From NCBI RefSeq assembly GCF_000143415.4, contig NW_003314283.1, forward strand, positions 1,478,330 to 1,542,329: a stretch of 64,000 nt of DNA. The letters run 5' to 3'. The first letter of the stretch is position 1; each line of letters opens with the position of its first letter. The DNA comes from Selaginella moellendorffii (Eukaryota; Plantae; Lycopodiophyta). Both the position numbers and the translations under genes were made by a program. Below the pieces are notes generated by a model. It ran no database searches. It saw nothing but the letters and a program-made list of their open reading frames with translations, and was not told the origin of the DNA. Positions 1-13,726 of the stretch are shown here, in pieces.

Positions 1-1099
1 AGACCACGCTAGCCAAAATTCGAACGACTGCATATTAGGTAAAGTCATACTGCTGCCAATGGCTGACCTGTCCATTCTTTTTCTTGGCCGTATATCATGT
101 ACCTCCTCCATGATTAACAATTTTATTCATAAACATTCACATGGTTTTGTTTGTGTGGCTTATATTAAATTATTATGAATATACCTTGAAAGCATACAAG
201 GCCTGTGCCAAACACCCATGTGGAAATAGCAGACATTTTGTGTCATCAAGATGTATGTGAAGCATTCAGTGTGGAATCAAAAGTGAAATAGGGCTTCCCA
301 GGGACATGAGGAGTGGCCTCGTTTGCATTGAGGACTTGGGGCCCCAGTATTCTCAACCTCATGCCACAGACAACACTTTCAATGCTGTTGGAGAAAAACT
401 TTTGTCCTTCTGCGATGCAGTATAGGAATGTCAGTGGCCTGGACACACACTGGGAGGCTACACTTGTGAGGCATGGATCCTTGCAAGGCTTACATAGTCT
501 CATACTGTGTGCTGCCTCAGAAACTCTGGATGAGGAGCTCAGCACAGCCTGGATCAGGGTGCGAGGATTCTCAATGTGAGTGGTGTTGTTGCTGAGATCT
601 TAGGCAATTGCACTGCATACAATGGCAAATCCAGCATGAGCTAGAGCAGACTTGCTGCAAGCTGCAGCTCGTCTCACTGTGGGTTCCAGCTTTGGAGCGT
701 TGCCTCCTGTGAGCTGCACTGCTCAGGGCAGGAATGCTGTGCCTTTATAGAGATTCATGAGTGTGGTTAGCTCTAGTAGATCCAACAACGAGGTATCCTT
801 GGAACATGGCATATGTCCACATGCCAGGTCCACTCAAACTTCTAGCACACCCAAGAGCTGTCTTGAGATGGGATTAGTTCCCCAGGACCTTTAGAGTGAG
901 GCCAACCAAGGGGTTTCCCACCACCTCTCTACCTATGCAAAACAGAAGAAATTCATCTACCCTTTGGCAGAAAAACATATATTATTATTCATTATACTAT
1001 TTATAACATTATAATATCCAAACAATAGATCTCTAAGAAGAATATGATGCCATTAGCAACTGTGGGATTCTGAAGTTAGCTCTATTTTTTGTGGCTAAA

Positions 1100-2510
1100 T
1101 GTAAGTGACTAATTTTTCCATTTTACTTTAATCATTTAACCACACCTCTGACCATTTGGAGGAGTCTCATTCACAACCTCCATAACTTCAATCTAGGACT
1201 TGGGCTTGATAGCCCCAAGAATGGCATCCATGCCACTAAACCTTTGCATTTGGTTCAAGTGCTCCATGTGTCCAATTCCATGACCCGACACCCCAAGGTA
1301 CCACCAACATATTAACCTATTACGCTAAGGCCTTGCCCATTCACCTTAGTCACACCGATGGTTCAACGCCACCTACATCGCAATCCTATCTCTCAAAGAC
1401 TGGGGCATTCGTCCATGAGTGATTATTCGAGATCCACTCTTTAGCATCCTTAAGATACCTGCAGGTATGGAGAACAACCTTCCCCAATATCCCTTTTACA
1501 GTCCCCACTAAGTCCTTTTTTTGTCCATGGCCGTGTTCGCCAACATTGCCACTGGGACAAGGCCTACAGACCCGACCACTAAGTCTCACTGTCCTCTGGG
1601 ACTTCCTCCTCACATGACTGTATCTTTGGTCATTACACCAAAGGACCACTCGTATTCCTTTCTATAGTCTGGGACTTTAGTACAACATTTTGGAACACTG
1701 TGGCCCTACGCAAGCCTCATAGGTACTCTCCCCACCTTCCGCTTTTGGGTGTTCTAACCATGGGCTTAGAGCAAGGTTTTGTTGAGTTACGCCAGGTATC
1801 CGAGTAAGTAGTGCCACCCACGCTTGGACTGGGAGCATCAACCATTCGATCTCCCGGGGGAACTAAAGCTGGCTCTTGAACATTTCACCAAGCTGCCCCA
1901 CTTGTCGATCCGTATTCACTCTAGTCTTGGACTTCCCAGTGGTCAGTTCATCACCCAACACCTGGGTACAGCCTTCCTGGGCCAAACTCGCCTTTCCTAG
2001 CCAAACTAACTCCACTAGGCTCCAACCCCTACACTTTCTCTATTATACTTTTGGAACCCTTTGCAACCCCCCCCCCCGGAGGGACGATTGCTTTGGACTT
2101 TTACCCAACTGCATGTATTAGTATTCAGACTCGGACTCAGACTCGGACTTGAACTCGGTCTCGGACTTGGTCTCGGTCTCGGTCTCGAACTCGGACTTGG
2201 ACTCGGTCTTGGTTTCGGTCTCCATCTCGGGTCCAACTCGGACTTTACCTTGGATTCCATCTTGGGTCCATCTCAAACACTTCCACGTGTCACGTGTTAG
2301 TCCTTTTGTATCCCCTTTTTAGAGGCTCACTTATTGCTCACTTTGTTCTTGTTCTTCGAACACTTCGTTGGGAGTTCCACTCGTGCTCTCGACTTTTCAA
2401 GTTCGAGCTTTTAGTCCAAACGTGTTACGCTCGTTTGGCTTTCACTTCGGCCACTACCACATGGCACCCTTTCGGCTCCACTTTGGGGCCTAAGGATTTT
2501 ATGTCTCACA
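1100..2510 (-). mobile_element. Solo LTR (family A) with internal 6- and 12-bp repeat arrays
   Basis: TGT...ACA termini and homology to the LTRs at 6457-8069 and 10487-12516. Flanks CTAAA/TTGAA fit a transition-decayed 5-bp TSD. Confidence 0.8.
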
Positions 2511-2699
2511 TTGAATCCACTACTCAACTTCGGCCATTCTAGGCCATTGGAGCTCCAAAACATCCCTGATCTTCCACTAGAGTATAGATTAAAATTTAAA
2601 TTAAAGGTGTTGTGAGTGTGTGGAAAATGAAAATAGAATATAGAAATATACATATCAATTAACCCAAAAACCCTAATTCATATACACGAGCAGGTGGTC

Positions 2700-5600
2700 A
2701 AGATTGAAACTAATTTGATAGCTATCAAAATCCCAATATACTAATAATAGTATATGGCATTGTACCCATACACTTGGACCTCAAAGCATCACCTCTTCTT
2801 AGAAAGATAGAAGACAACCAAGGTTTTATGGTGGATAGGCCGAGATTTGGAGGAACACCAAAAGCAAGCATTTGTGGATCTATAGGTGGTGTCAATTATT
2901 TTTGATCTCTTTATATAAAGAATTTTAATCGCTGCATATACATAATTTTTAAAGGATTAACTTGTTTGACGTTATGTCAAACCTCATAAACTTGTGGTTC
3001 AATTTGCCACAACACCTGATACAGTCCTTTCCATTGAGTAAGGAGCGCTTTATACAAACTGTATATCATAAGATTGAAAATAGACTAATATCAAAACATC
3101 CACTTTGTAATTTGCAGGTTGATGGGAGTTATATCACCATTGTTATCCCACTTATATATAGCCCAAGTCTTTGGTAAACTCTACTTGAACCAGTGGAAGA
3201 ATGCTCATTAAATATTAATCCTAAAATCTAATATCAACAGCTCATGGCAATTGCAAAGGTAAACTCAACTTCGTTAACAGTATTAGATTATGACTATATA
3301 AGAGTTTATATGGTGAAACACTAATAAAACTTTACACTCTTGTAACATATGCATACCAAAGAGATGGCATATAACCATCTCAATTCGAATGATAAAAGTT
3401 GATGTATTTCGCAATTATCCCTTTGAAGGTTCATATAAGCCATTCCACCAAACCATCTGACTATAGATGATAAGCACTTGTGAATGTGTAGTGTATCCTC
3501 AACTAAGACATTAAAATGTGAAATGTTTAATCCATAAATGCAAGATTATTATCTGGAGAACCTAGAATGACAAAGTCCAACCTAGCCCAAACCTCCATTA
3601 TTGTCTCCCACAAGATCCACGTCCAGGCCATAGTAAAGATCTCCAAAAGAATCCACTCTGGACAATAATGCTGGAACACCACTCAATTAAGGAGGAAGTA
3701 TTTAACAGCAATTGCAAACGCACTAGCAAAAACACTAACTTCCACTTAGTGAGTTAATTAGTTAGAAGCAATAATGATATATTTATTGCCAACAATCAAC
3801 TGTGAAAAAGGCCTTATTAAGTTAAACACCACCAACTCAAATGGATAGGAAACTACAATTGACTATAACTGTCCTTTTGTAGGACAAAGGGTAGTATTAT
3901 GAGCTTAGTACCAAATACAACTATACACATACTAGATAACATCACGTCATATATCCAGCTAATAGAAAAACTTGTGCAGCTTTTCAGTCACATGATGATG
4001 TCCCATATGCCTACTAGAATAAGAAAATCATGGTAGGCATGGAAAAAGTGTGGAATAATGATTAAAGGTATCACGAACCATAAATGATCATTAAGATTTG
4101 TCTCTACAAAATAAAGGAGGTCATTTTTAAGGCAATATTGATGACATAGCAAGTCATTAACAAGTGATATAGAATTCTTAAACCTATTGTGAAGTTTTCA
4201 GATTCACAACTCAATCTTTTGATCCTCACAAATTTTGTCAAGAGAAGGTAAATCTAGCTTCGCACCTTGTGGACAGTAAACATCAAATACAACAACTACC
4301 AACAGCATTGAATCCTTGTCCAAAAAATTCACAAATGCTGGAATAATAAACTTGTAAAAATATGAGAAGAGAATGAAAAAGGAAGAGGAGCTTAAGAAAG
4401 GGCATTCGCATTAATCATATAACTCATTGAGTGATGAACAATATCAAAATTATATGTTTGAAGCTTTAATGCCCACCAAGCAATATGACCAATCAAGTTT
4501 TTCCACTTTAATAACAAAGTAATTGCAATATGATCACTTTGTAGTAATGTTCAAGAACTATGTAGATATGTATGAAGTTTCTTGAAACCCCAAACTACTA
4601 GTAAACACTCCTCTATTGTGGAGTAATTCACCTCTACTAGTTGTAATGTACGGTTGATATATGTAATAAAATGGTATTGACCAAACACACTTAGGCTCTC
4701 TTGCATCAACATACCTTTAAGACCAATATTAGAAGTATCCACATGCAAAATAGTGTAGTTAATATATGCCAAAACTAAAGGAGTTGTTAACAACTCTTTG
4801 AGATATGTAAATGCTTGCTCACAGTTTACAAACCAAATGAAAGATGATGTTGATAAATTCAACAATACTCACAGTGGTTTTATACAATAAAAAAAATGAT
4901 TAATGAAACAGTTGAGATATTGCACCTTGCCTAAAAAGCATCGCACATCATTCACATACTTTAGAATAGGAAACTAGAGAATAGCTACAAATGTTTCAAG
5001 ATCAACTTGCAAACCTTCACAAAAAATACGGTACCCAAGATAAATAGTGTTCTTGGACCCACCATACAATTTGACCATTTGAACTTTAAACTAACTTCTT
5101 GCAGCTGATTCAACACCTTACAAATATCACAAATGTGTTCCTCCTATATCCCCTCTGAGTGGATGAAGACATCATTGATGAAGTCAGTAGTTACCTCCAG
5201 CATATCATAAAAAACATCATCCATCATCCATTGGAAAGTCGTTGAAGCATTATTCAAACCAAATGGCATGACCAAGAACTCGTACAAATTAAATGGTGTA
5301 CAAAAGAAATCTTAGGAATATCTTCCTCGGCCATTGACATTTGCTAGTACCCAAAAGCAAAATTTAACTTGGTGAACCAATAACTTCTCCCCAAGCGATC
5401 CAAGAGATCGGTAGTGTGAGAAAGAGGGTATACATTTGGGATCATTACTCCATTTAACAAATGATAATCAATGTAGAAATAAATATTTTTATCAAACTTT
5501 GTCACAAGATGAAGTTCACACTCCCAATAACTATATGACTTTTGGATAACACCCTTTTTCAACCTCCTTGACATTTATATATAAAATTTTGATTTGATTG

Positions 5601-6451
5601 GTGATCAATGATAAATAGAAATTATGATTGGACAAACATCCCCAATTGAAATAGAATGACGTGTTGTAATTTTGGCCCCAGACAACAAGTCAAATTCAAA
5701 GAGATTGGCATACTCCTTCATAAGCCGGTCAACCACTGCAACACAAAAGTCATTGAAGGAATCTAAAAAGGGAATAGAAGAACAAAACAAAAACATAGGA
5801 GGAAGTAATAAAACAATAAAAGTGATGAAGGCAAAAGGATGAAAAAAATATAGAAATGAGAGCAATATAAAAAATATAAGGAAGTATAAGATAATGGGGA
5901 AAAGCTGTAAAGTCACACTTGATATGATTGTGTTGCAACCAATTCATATAAAGGATTAGGGCAAAATCTTAACTCGACAGCACTTGCAACAACTACAGCC
6001 TAAGCTTGAGAGTGTACTTTATTTTATGCACATATATATGTATAACTATTGCCATAAAGAATGAAAATTGACTCTGCCACATGACATAAATGTAGATAGC
6101 AACATGTGACCATAGGCTGAGCAATAGAAGATAAACTCAAACCTGTATTAACTAATACAAATAGAATAATAGGAGACATCTTATTAAGAAAATGAGTTTA
6201 GAAAGTAATACTAGATGAACTTGTGCCAAATAAACCCCTTGATAATACTCCAGAAAGAAAAATGAAAGGGTCACAGACTTATTCATGCAAGAACCCTCTA
6301 CTACTTGTACGACTCTTTATTTCTCAAAAACATCTCGGTGTCCTAACCTTCCACTACAACAGCACCAACAGGTTGTTGTTGACACTAAGGTCTCCACCCA
6401 GGAAATGGAGGTTGCTAATCCAGAAAATGTTAACATAACCAATTTCATCAC
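2700..6451 (-). mobile_element. Highly degenerate Ty3/Gypsy pol remnant (RT-RNase H-integrase); boundaries approximate
   Basis: Fragments YFYIDYHLLN...YPL (RT), LHVDTSNIGL...NYSTIEECLLVVW (RNase H) and FTSAYH.SDGLVE (integrase), with many stops. Confidence 0.8.
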
Positions 6452-6689
6452 ACGTTTGTGAGACATAAATCCCTAAGCCCTAAAGTGGAGCCGAAAGGGT
6501 GCCACATGGTAGTGGCCAAAGTAGAAGCTAAATGAGCATAACACGTTTGGACTAAAAGCTTCAACTTAGACGGTTGAGAGTGGGAGTGGAACTCCCAACG
6601 AAGTGCTTGAGAAACGAACACAAAGCAAGCAGTAAGTGAGTCTTTAGAAAAGGGACACAAAAGGACCAATACATGACATATGAAAGTGT

Positions 6690-7085
6690 TGAGATGGAAT
6701 CTGAGATAGAGTGTAATATAAACCCAAAACGGAGTTCGAGATGGAGTCCGAGAAGAAATTCGAAATGGACCCAAGATGGAGTCCGATATGGACCTGAGAT
6801 GAAGTCTAATATGGACCTGAGATGGACTTGAGATGGAGTCTGATATAGACCCGAGATGGAGTCTGAGATGGACCCAAGATGGAGTCCAAGATGGAGTTCG
6901 AGATGGATCTGAGATGGAACCGAGATGGAGTCCAAGGTCAAGTCTGAGATGGACTTGAGATAGAGTCTAAGGTTGAGGCTGAGAAAGAAACTGAGACCAA
7001 GACTAAGACTAAGACCGAGACTGAGATCGAGACCAAAACCAAAACTAAGACCGATTCTAAGTCCAAGTCCAAATTCAAGTTCAAG
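6690..7085 (+). repeat. Degenerate 12-bp (GAGATGGAGTCC / AAGATGGACCC) and 6-bp (GAGACC/AAGACT) minisatellite inside the LTR; also at 10720-11213, 23340-23735, 27450-27970, 2120-2275 and 18775-18925
   Basis: Periodicity is directly visible, and copy number varies between LTRs. Confidence 0.85.
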
Positions 7086-10000
7086 GGTGACAACCCAAAG
7101 CATTCACCTCCTAAACCCTAAAGGGTTTAGTGAGCTCCAAAAGTATAGTGAGGGGAGGACTTTAGTGGAACCAGTTTGGCCAGGAAAGGCTAGTGTGACT
7201 AAGGAAGGCTATACTCATGTGTTAGGTGATAGTATATCCACTGAGGAGTCCAAACCTTGAGTGAATACAAACAAACAAATGGGGTAATTTAATAAAGTGT
7301 TCAAGAGCCGACTCTAGCTCCTTTGAGAATCAAATGGTCAATACTCCCAATCTAAGTGTGAGTGGCACTACTTACTTAGATATTTGGCGTGGCTTATTAG
7401 AACCTCGCTTGAGCCATATAGTGAGGCACTTAATAATGGAAGGTGGAGAGGGTACCCATGAGGCTTGTGTAGGGTTGCAGTATTTTGAAATATCATCCCA
7501 AAGTCCTATACTATAAAAAGGAAGAGGAGCAATCCTTTAGTGTAGTGACTAAAGACACAATCATATGGTGAGGAAGTCCCAGAGGACAGTGGGACTTAAT
7601 GGTTAGGCCTTTAGGCCTTGACCTAGTGGTAGGGTTGGTGAGCATAACCCTAGATGAAAAGGGACTTGGTGGGGACAGAAGAAGGGATATTGGGGAAAGA
7701 TGTTTCACATGTCTCTGGGCATTTTAAGGGTGCTAAGGTGTGGTCAAGGGATGACCACTCATGGATGGATGGCCCAATGTTTGAAAGATGGGATTGTGAT
7801 GCAAGTGGTTTTGGACTATTAATGTGACAAAGATGAATAGGTATGGCTTTAGTATAACGAGCTGATATATCAAAAGTACCTTTGGATGGGGATCGGACAC
7901 GTAAAGCACTTAGACCAAGTGCAAATGCTAAGTGGCATAGATACCATTTATGGGGGTAGCATGTCCCGAAGTCCTAAATAGGACTTATGGAGGTTGTGAG
8001 TGAGACTCTTTTAAATAGTTAAAGTGTGGTTAAATGACTAAAGTAAAATGGAAAAATTAATTGCTTACAATTTGGTATCAAAGTTGTTTTTTAGTCCAAC
8101 TCTTATTAGTGGTCAAGTGTATCACCACTTGATATTAGCATTGGAAGGTTCTAAGAGTGGATCTTCCTTGAGGAGTAGCATATTAAGAGGGCATGACTCT
8201 CCACCTTTGTTCATATGTAAACATGTTAATAATGTGGTGAATAAAAAGGGGCCAATAAGGGAATGATTTTGGGATCTTAGGAATAGTATAAAATTTTCCT
8301 CAAAGAGTTGAGGATGTGATCTATAAAAGCGTTTGATTTTGCAAGCTGGATAATGTTGTTGTGGTAAACAAGTATAGTTGAGATTACAGGAATGATGGAA
8401 ACTCCTGAACAATAAAAGAGTCATAAAATTATCCTTATATAATTGAGGATGGTGCTCAAGAATTTGAGATTGGAGTTAATGACCGTGGGATAGATAAAGA
8501 CACAAGTCTTTGAAATGGTAGCCAAAGTTACCTTAAATAAATGTTGGAACAACCCAAGGAGTTAGGGGTGTATTTAAAAGATAAGTTGATATTCTCATTA
8601 TATGGACAAATAGTTCTAAAAAGCAAAGATAGCCCATATAGAACAAAGGATAATTAAATGTTAGAGTAACACTTGCCAAAATGGTCTTTGAAAGTAGGAC
8701 ATGAATACAAAAAGTTATATTCTAATGAGTTAACACCTTAAAAGTAGCTATGATGTTAGGACTTTACAGGTCATCGGATTAGCAAAGTCCAAAGCCTGGA
8801 TGATTTAGTGGAGTCAAGGGATGGTCCTAAAAGGATGGTGAAAGCTGTTAGACTAAGGTGGGTTTTACATTACAAAGGACTATAAAAATCATGAGATTTA
8901 AGTATGAGAACAATAGGTATTTTATTGATAGTAAAATATGCCATACTAAAGTTGTGGGAAAGGTGTTCCTAGAAGAAAACAACTTTGGTATAAAGTTGTA
9001 TATAAACACCATAGTGTAGTACTAACTGATAGTTGGCATGAGAAATAACTACTTTGGTCTTGGCAAAAACCTAAACACAAGTGAAAAGTGTCGTAAAAGT
9101 AGGCTCATGGAATTGATGGGGTGGAGACCCCAAATGTTTCAAGAGATGAGGCTTTGAAGTCAAGTTTGCTAATTCATGAGGACCCTTTGTCAAAGGAATT
9201 CCACTGGAAATGAGATTAGCATAGCCTAAACTAAAAAGCATGCAATTCAAATGTATGGACCCAAATAATAATGAAAGTGTGAAAGCATTAACAATGAGTT
9301 GTAGGATTTGATGACTATGAAGCAGCTAAATAAATATGTGGCATAATTGATTGGATTGATAGAGGTTAATTTGTCAAGATTTCTTATTGGGATAAGAAGG
9401 TTAGATATGTCCCATAGGGGGATAAATTGCTTATATTACAATATAGTAAGTTAATATCATAAAGGGAAATGCTCATTGTTAAAGAAGGTCATCATTGGGA
9501 CACCTAAAGAAATGCTATCTAATGTTGTAGAGACAGGAGAAATCCGTCTATCTGAATTGGACAAATCCAAAAGGGATTTTGGCAAGGTTAGTCACGGGCA
9601 TATAAAAGCCCATAAGTAGCAATATTAATCCTGGTATATGGGATTATAAGGTGAGTATATCTAAATTGAAGAACCACTCCCTAGGCTATTAAGTAGGTTC
9701 ATTCCTAAGATTACTTGCTAAGACATAATAAAAAGCGCAAAGCTATCCTTCTAGCATGAAGGAAAATAACCAAAAAAAACATGTGAGGCCAAAAGCAAGT
9801 AGTAAAATAAGAGGACCGAACTATAGTAATCAAAAAGCATAACCGAGAGTAATTATCCAAGTTGGGATTGGAAAATTAAGTAGATACTCAAAGGTGTTGT
9901 TACTGGCAATTGTGATGCCATGGAGAGTCTAGAGTATGGAATTATCTATGTTAGAACATATGACAATTAGAAAGTTTGTGAAAAAAGAGGTTTTAGCAAT

Positions 10001-11213
10001 AAAGTCCCTTCAAAATTCCCAAAAACAATTCTAAATAAGTTAGTACCTAAAAAGATAAGTGTAAATGGTTCATAAAATACATGAAATTAAAGTGGCACAA
10101 GTGGCAGAAGTGTAGTTTTGAAGCTTGCCATAAGGCGAGGCTATCAAAGTTGGGGAAGTAGTTCCTGAGTGTTTAAAGAGATGGTTTTGAACAAAACTTG
10201 ATGGTTAAGAATTTTCATGCTTATGCATGAAACTATGTTACACTAGTTGAATGACTTGTAAGAGAGATTGGCAAGTCGGGGGAACAAAAACCCTAGTTGA
10301 AGGTGTTGACTTCAAAAAGAAGTGGCCCATGGGGCTAAGTATGGAAGAATCTATGCATAATCACAAACTTGTCAAGTGAGAGGATTTGACAATTCAGAGA
10401 AACTAGGTTTTTAAGCGTGATCCGTAACATACTTTATGTATAAATTGGTGCACCGACATGGGGAGTCACGCTAGGCATCTTGGAGTTGTGAGACACAAAT
10501 CCCTAAACCCTAAAGTGGAGCTAAAAAGGTGCCATGTGGTAGTGGCTAAAGCAGAAGCGAAATAAACATAATACATTTGGACTAAAAGTTTTGACTTGGA
10601 CAATCGAGAGTGGGAGTGGAATTCCCAACAAAGTGGTCAAGGAATGAGCATGAAATAAGTAGTAAGTGAATCTCTAGAAAAGGGACACAAGAGGATCAAT
10701 ACATGACATGTGGAAGTGTCGAGATAGAGTCCGAGATGGAGTCCAAGAAGGAGTTTAACATGGACCCAAGACGAAGTCTGAGATGGAGTTCAAGATGGAG
10801 TCCAAGAAGGAGTTTAAGATGGACCCAAGACAAAGTCTGAGATGGAGTCTGAAATAAACATGAGATGGAGTTCGATATGGACCCAAGATAGAGTCTAAGA
10901 TGGAGTCTGATATGGACCCAAGATGGACCCAAAATAGAGTCTGAGATGGAGTCTAAAATGAATCTAAGATGGACCCAAGATAAAGTCTGAGATGGACCTA
11001 AGATGGAATCCAAGATAGACCCGAGATGGACTCCGAGATGGACCCAAGATGGAGTTCGAGATGGAGTCCGAGATGGAATAATGACGGAGTCAAAGGTCAA
11101 ATCCGAGATGGACCTAAAATAGAGTTCGAGGTTGAGGCCGAGAAAGAGACCAATATCGAGACAAAGATTGAGAAAGAGACCAAGACCGAAACCAAGACTA
11201 AGATTAAGACCAA

Positions 11214-11313
11214 NNNNNNNNNNNNNNNNNNNNNNNNNNNNNNNNNNNNNNNNNNNNNNNNNNNNNNNNNNNNNNNNNNNNNNNNNNNNNNNNNNNNNNN
11301 NNNNNNNNNNNNN
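11214..11313. other. Assembly gap (100 N)
   Basis: Run of N. The matching unit-2 position has only 23 bp. Confidence 0.99.
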
Positions 11314-11683
11314 AGGATGAAAGCCCAAAGCATTTGTCTCCCAAACCCTAGGGGGTTTGGTGAACTCTAAAAGTATAATAGGGGGAAGACTTTAGTGGAG
11401 CCAGTTTGGTCAGGAAAAGCCAATGTGACCAAAGAAGGCTATACCCATGTGTTAGGTGATGGTATATTCACTAAGGGGTCTAAAACTAAAGTAAATATAG
11501 ATAAACAAACTAGGTAGCTTGGTGAAGTGTTCAAGAATTAGCTCTAGCTCCTTTGGGAAATTGAATGGTAGATGTTCCCAATCCAAGTGTGGGTAACACT
11601 ACCTACTTAGATACCTAGCATGGCTCATCAAAACCTCACTCTAGCCATATAGCTAGGGCACCTAAGGGCAAAAGGTGTAAAGA

Positions 11684-11884
11684 TGTTGCGAATGTGACTT
11701 TGGGTATCGAAAGATACTTGTCAACTAATCCTTACGGACACTCTTTTTTTACTACTATGACGGCAAGAGGTCAATATAGTTGGATGGTAGTCTCTTTTGT
11801 GCTAGTAGAGTTAATTAAGCATTTAAAGTGTACTTAGACCAGACAAGTAAGTACTTTTTGATACTTAAAATCACATTTGCAATA
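11684..11884. mobile_element. 201-bp fold-back mini-element with ~40-bp TIRs derived from a chromovirus LTR end
   Basis: Starts TGTTGCGAATGTGACTTTGGGTATCGAAAG and ends with the degenerate reverse complement. 5-bp flanks are AAAGA/AAAAA. Absent from sister family A LTRs. Confidence 0.7.
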
Positions 11885-13113
11885 AAAAAGTACCTATAAA
11901 ACTTGTGTAGAGCCACAGTGTTTCGAAATGTCATGTTAAAGTCCTAAACCGTGGAAAGGAAGTAGAAGAGTTCTCTAGTGTAGTGACCAAAGACACAATC
12001 ATATGATGAGGAAATCCCAGAGGATAGTGGGATTTAATGGTTGAGCCTTTGGGCCTTGACCCAATGGCAAGGTTAACGAGCATGGCCCTAGATGAAAAGG
12101 GACTTAATAGGGATAAAAGAAGGAATATTAGGGAAAAATGTTTCCCATGTCTTTAGGCATCCTAAGGGTGTTAAGGTGTGGTCAAAAGGTGACCACTCAT
12201 GGATGGATGACCTAGTCTTTGATAGATGGGATTATGATGTAGGTGGTTTTAGATTACGAATATGACAATGGTGAATGAGCATGGTTTTAATGTAATAGGC
12301 TAATATGTCAATGGTACATTTGGGTGTCAATTATAAAATTGGACACATAAAGCATTTGGACCAAGTGCAAAGGTTAAATTTTATAAATCCCATTTATGGG
12401 GCTAGCATATCCCCAAGTCTTGAATAAGACTTATAGAAATTGTGAGTGAGACTCTTCTAAATAATCAAAAGTGTGTTTAAGTGATTAAAATAGAATGGAA
12501 AAATTAATTGCTTACAATGCCCAATAGTAAACATCACGACCATGATTACATCCTTGCTCTTGTCTATAAACTTGGGAAGCAACAACATCAACCTCCATTC
12601 AAATAAAACTATCTCCCACAAAAAGATAAAAAGAGGTGATGTTTTATAACATTGTGCCAGGCAAAGAGCATTATTTGGCTCTGCAGAAACCAAGAGGCTC
12701 AGAAATAAACACTAATTTACATTATTAACTTAGATGCTCCTTGATGAATACAAACCAATTGCTAAATTACATCATCACAATCATCAACATGTTCAAATGT
12801 GCATTTGAAAATGTTTGAGAGAATGCTCCAATCTGCATATGTGTCACAAATTTTTGGGATCATATTTAGCATTTATATGAGTTTCCCACGTGTCTCCAAA
12901 AGATGATGTTCCAATGGTATAATAATTTGAGTGCCAAAGATGATTGCTATCTTTGTTGGGAAGTGTATGATTATCTCAAGTGATTTGCCAAAATATAAAG
13001 AATATTAGCAGAAAGAAGGGGGCAATCCACTTAAGTAATTAAACCTCCAAGGATTAGACCATTCTCTAGTACAAAAATTCTAGATAAAACGGTTAGCATC
13101 TGTCTCTCTGCAG

Positions 13114-13726
13114 TTGCAATCATGCAACTCTTTTGAGTGCCAAGAGGCCTGCTTGTTGACCAGTTTGATTCCAAGGACGATCTGATGAACGTGTTGCTTG
13201 CGTCGTGTTTCAGAGCAGTTTGCTCTTGCATTCCATTCAGATGGGAGCCTGACTGGTTTTTAGTTATCTAGCACCACAATCTGTTACCGTCTTTAACAAC
13301 AGACTGTGCATCCACGGCAGGTTCACGCTCTTCATGCCCCCTTCAGCTGCTGAAACAACGGTTCTTTCGTGTCACTCACTAAGATTTTAGTTTTGGCTTC
13401 TGAAGCTTTTGTTTTGCTCTTACACGGGTAAGAGTATGTGCCTTTTCTGCCAAGGACCTCGGTCTTCAAGACACAGTGGGTATCAGCCCGGACTGTAATC
13501 CCGACAACCGAGCCTCTCCAAATAATAAGAAGTTAAAAGGTACATACCTAAGTTCTTGACTGTTTCGCAGCTTTTAAACAGGAAGTCGCCCTCTTGAAGA
13601 TGGTAAGAAACCCGCAGATTTTTCTTTGATGAGCTCTATGTGTTGGGCTACAAGGATGCTGCAGTGTGGGCAAATACAAATCCTTTGATCAATTTTAGAG
13701 GCAAGGCAGCAGCTGCTCCAGTTTGA
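13114..13726 (+). pseudogene. 3' fragment of a plant patatin-like phospholipase (PNPLA/adiponutrin-type), multi-exon and decayed
   Basis: Spliced translation gives VAIMQLF*VPRGLLVDQFDSKDDLMNVLLASCF / YLAPQSVTVFNNRLCIHGRFTLFMPPSAAETT / VRVCAFSAKDLGLQDTVGISPDCNPDNRASPN / ...FDELYVLGYKDAAVWANTNPL. It has an in-frame stop, damaged splice sites and a lost DGG motif. I found no 5' exons. Confidence 0.8.

Larger units (their letters stand above)
6457..12516 (+). mobile_element. Non-autonomous or decayed LTR retrotransposon (family A): 5' LTR 6457-8069, 3' LTR 10487-12516
   Basis: Both LTRs run TGTGAGAC...GCTTACA. PBS TGGTATCA (tRNA-iMet type) at ~8073. Flanks ACGTT/ATGCC are a decayed TSD, and the empty site is visible at ~38555-38565. 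Confidence 0.85.

Noticed and set aside
5605-5947. Hydrophobic F/L/I-rich ORFs (also 39061-39340) as membrane proteins
   Set aside because: They come from a T-rich low-complexity tract inside the degenerate Gypsy remnant, and the frame is not conserved between copies.
6690-7085. Periodic GAGATGG repeats as a CRISPR array or repeat-protein gene (LGLGL / RPRPR ORFs)
   Set aside because: These are contiguous degenerate 12- and 6-mers with no unique spacers, inside LTRs of a eukaryote. The ORFs are by-products of low complexity.
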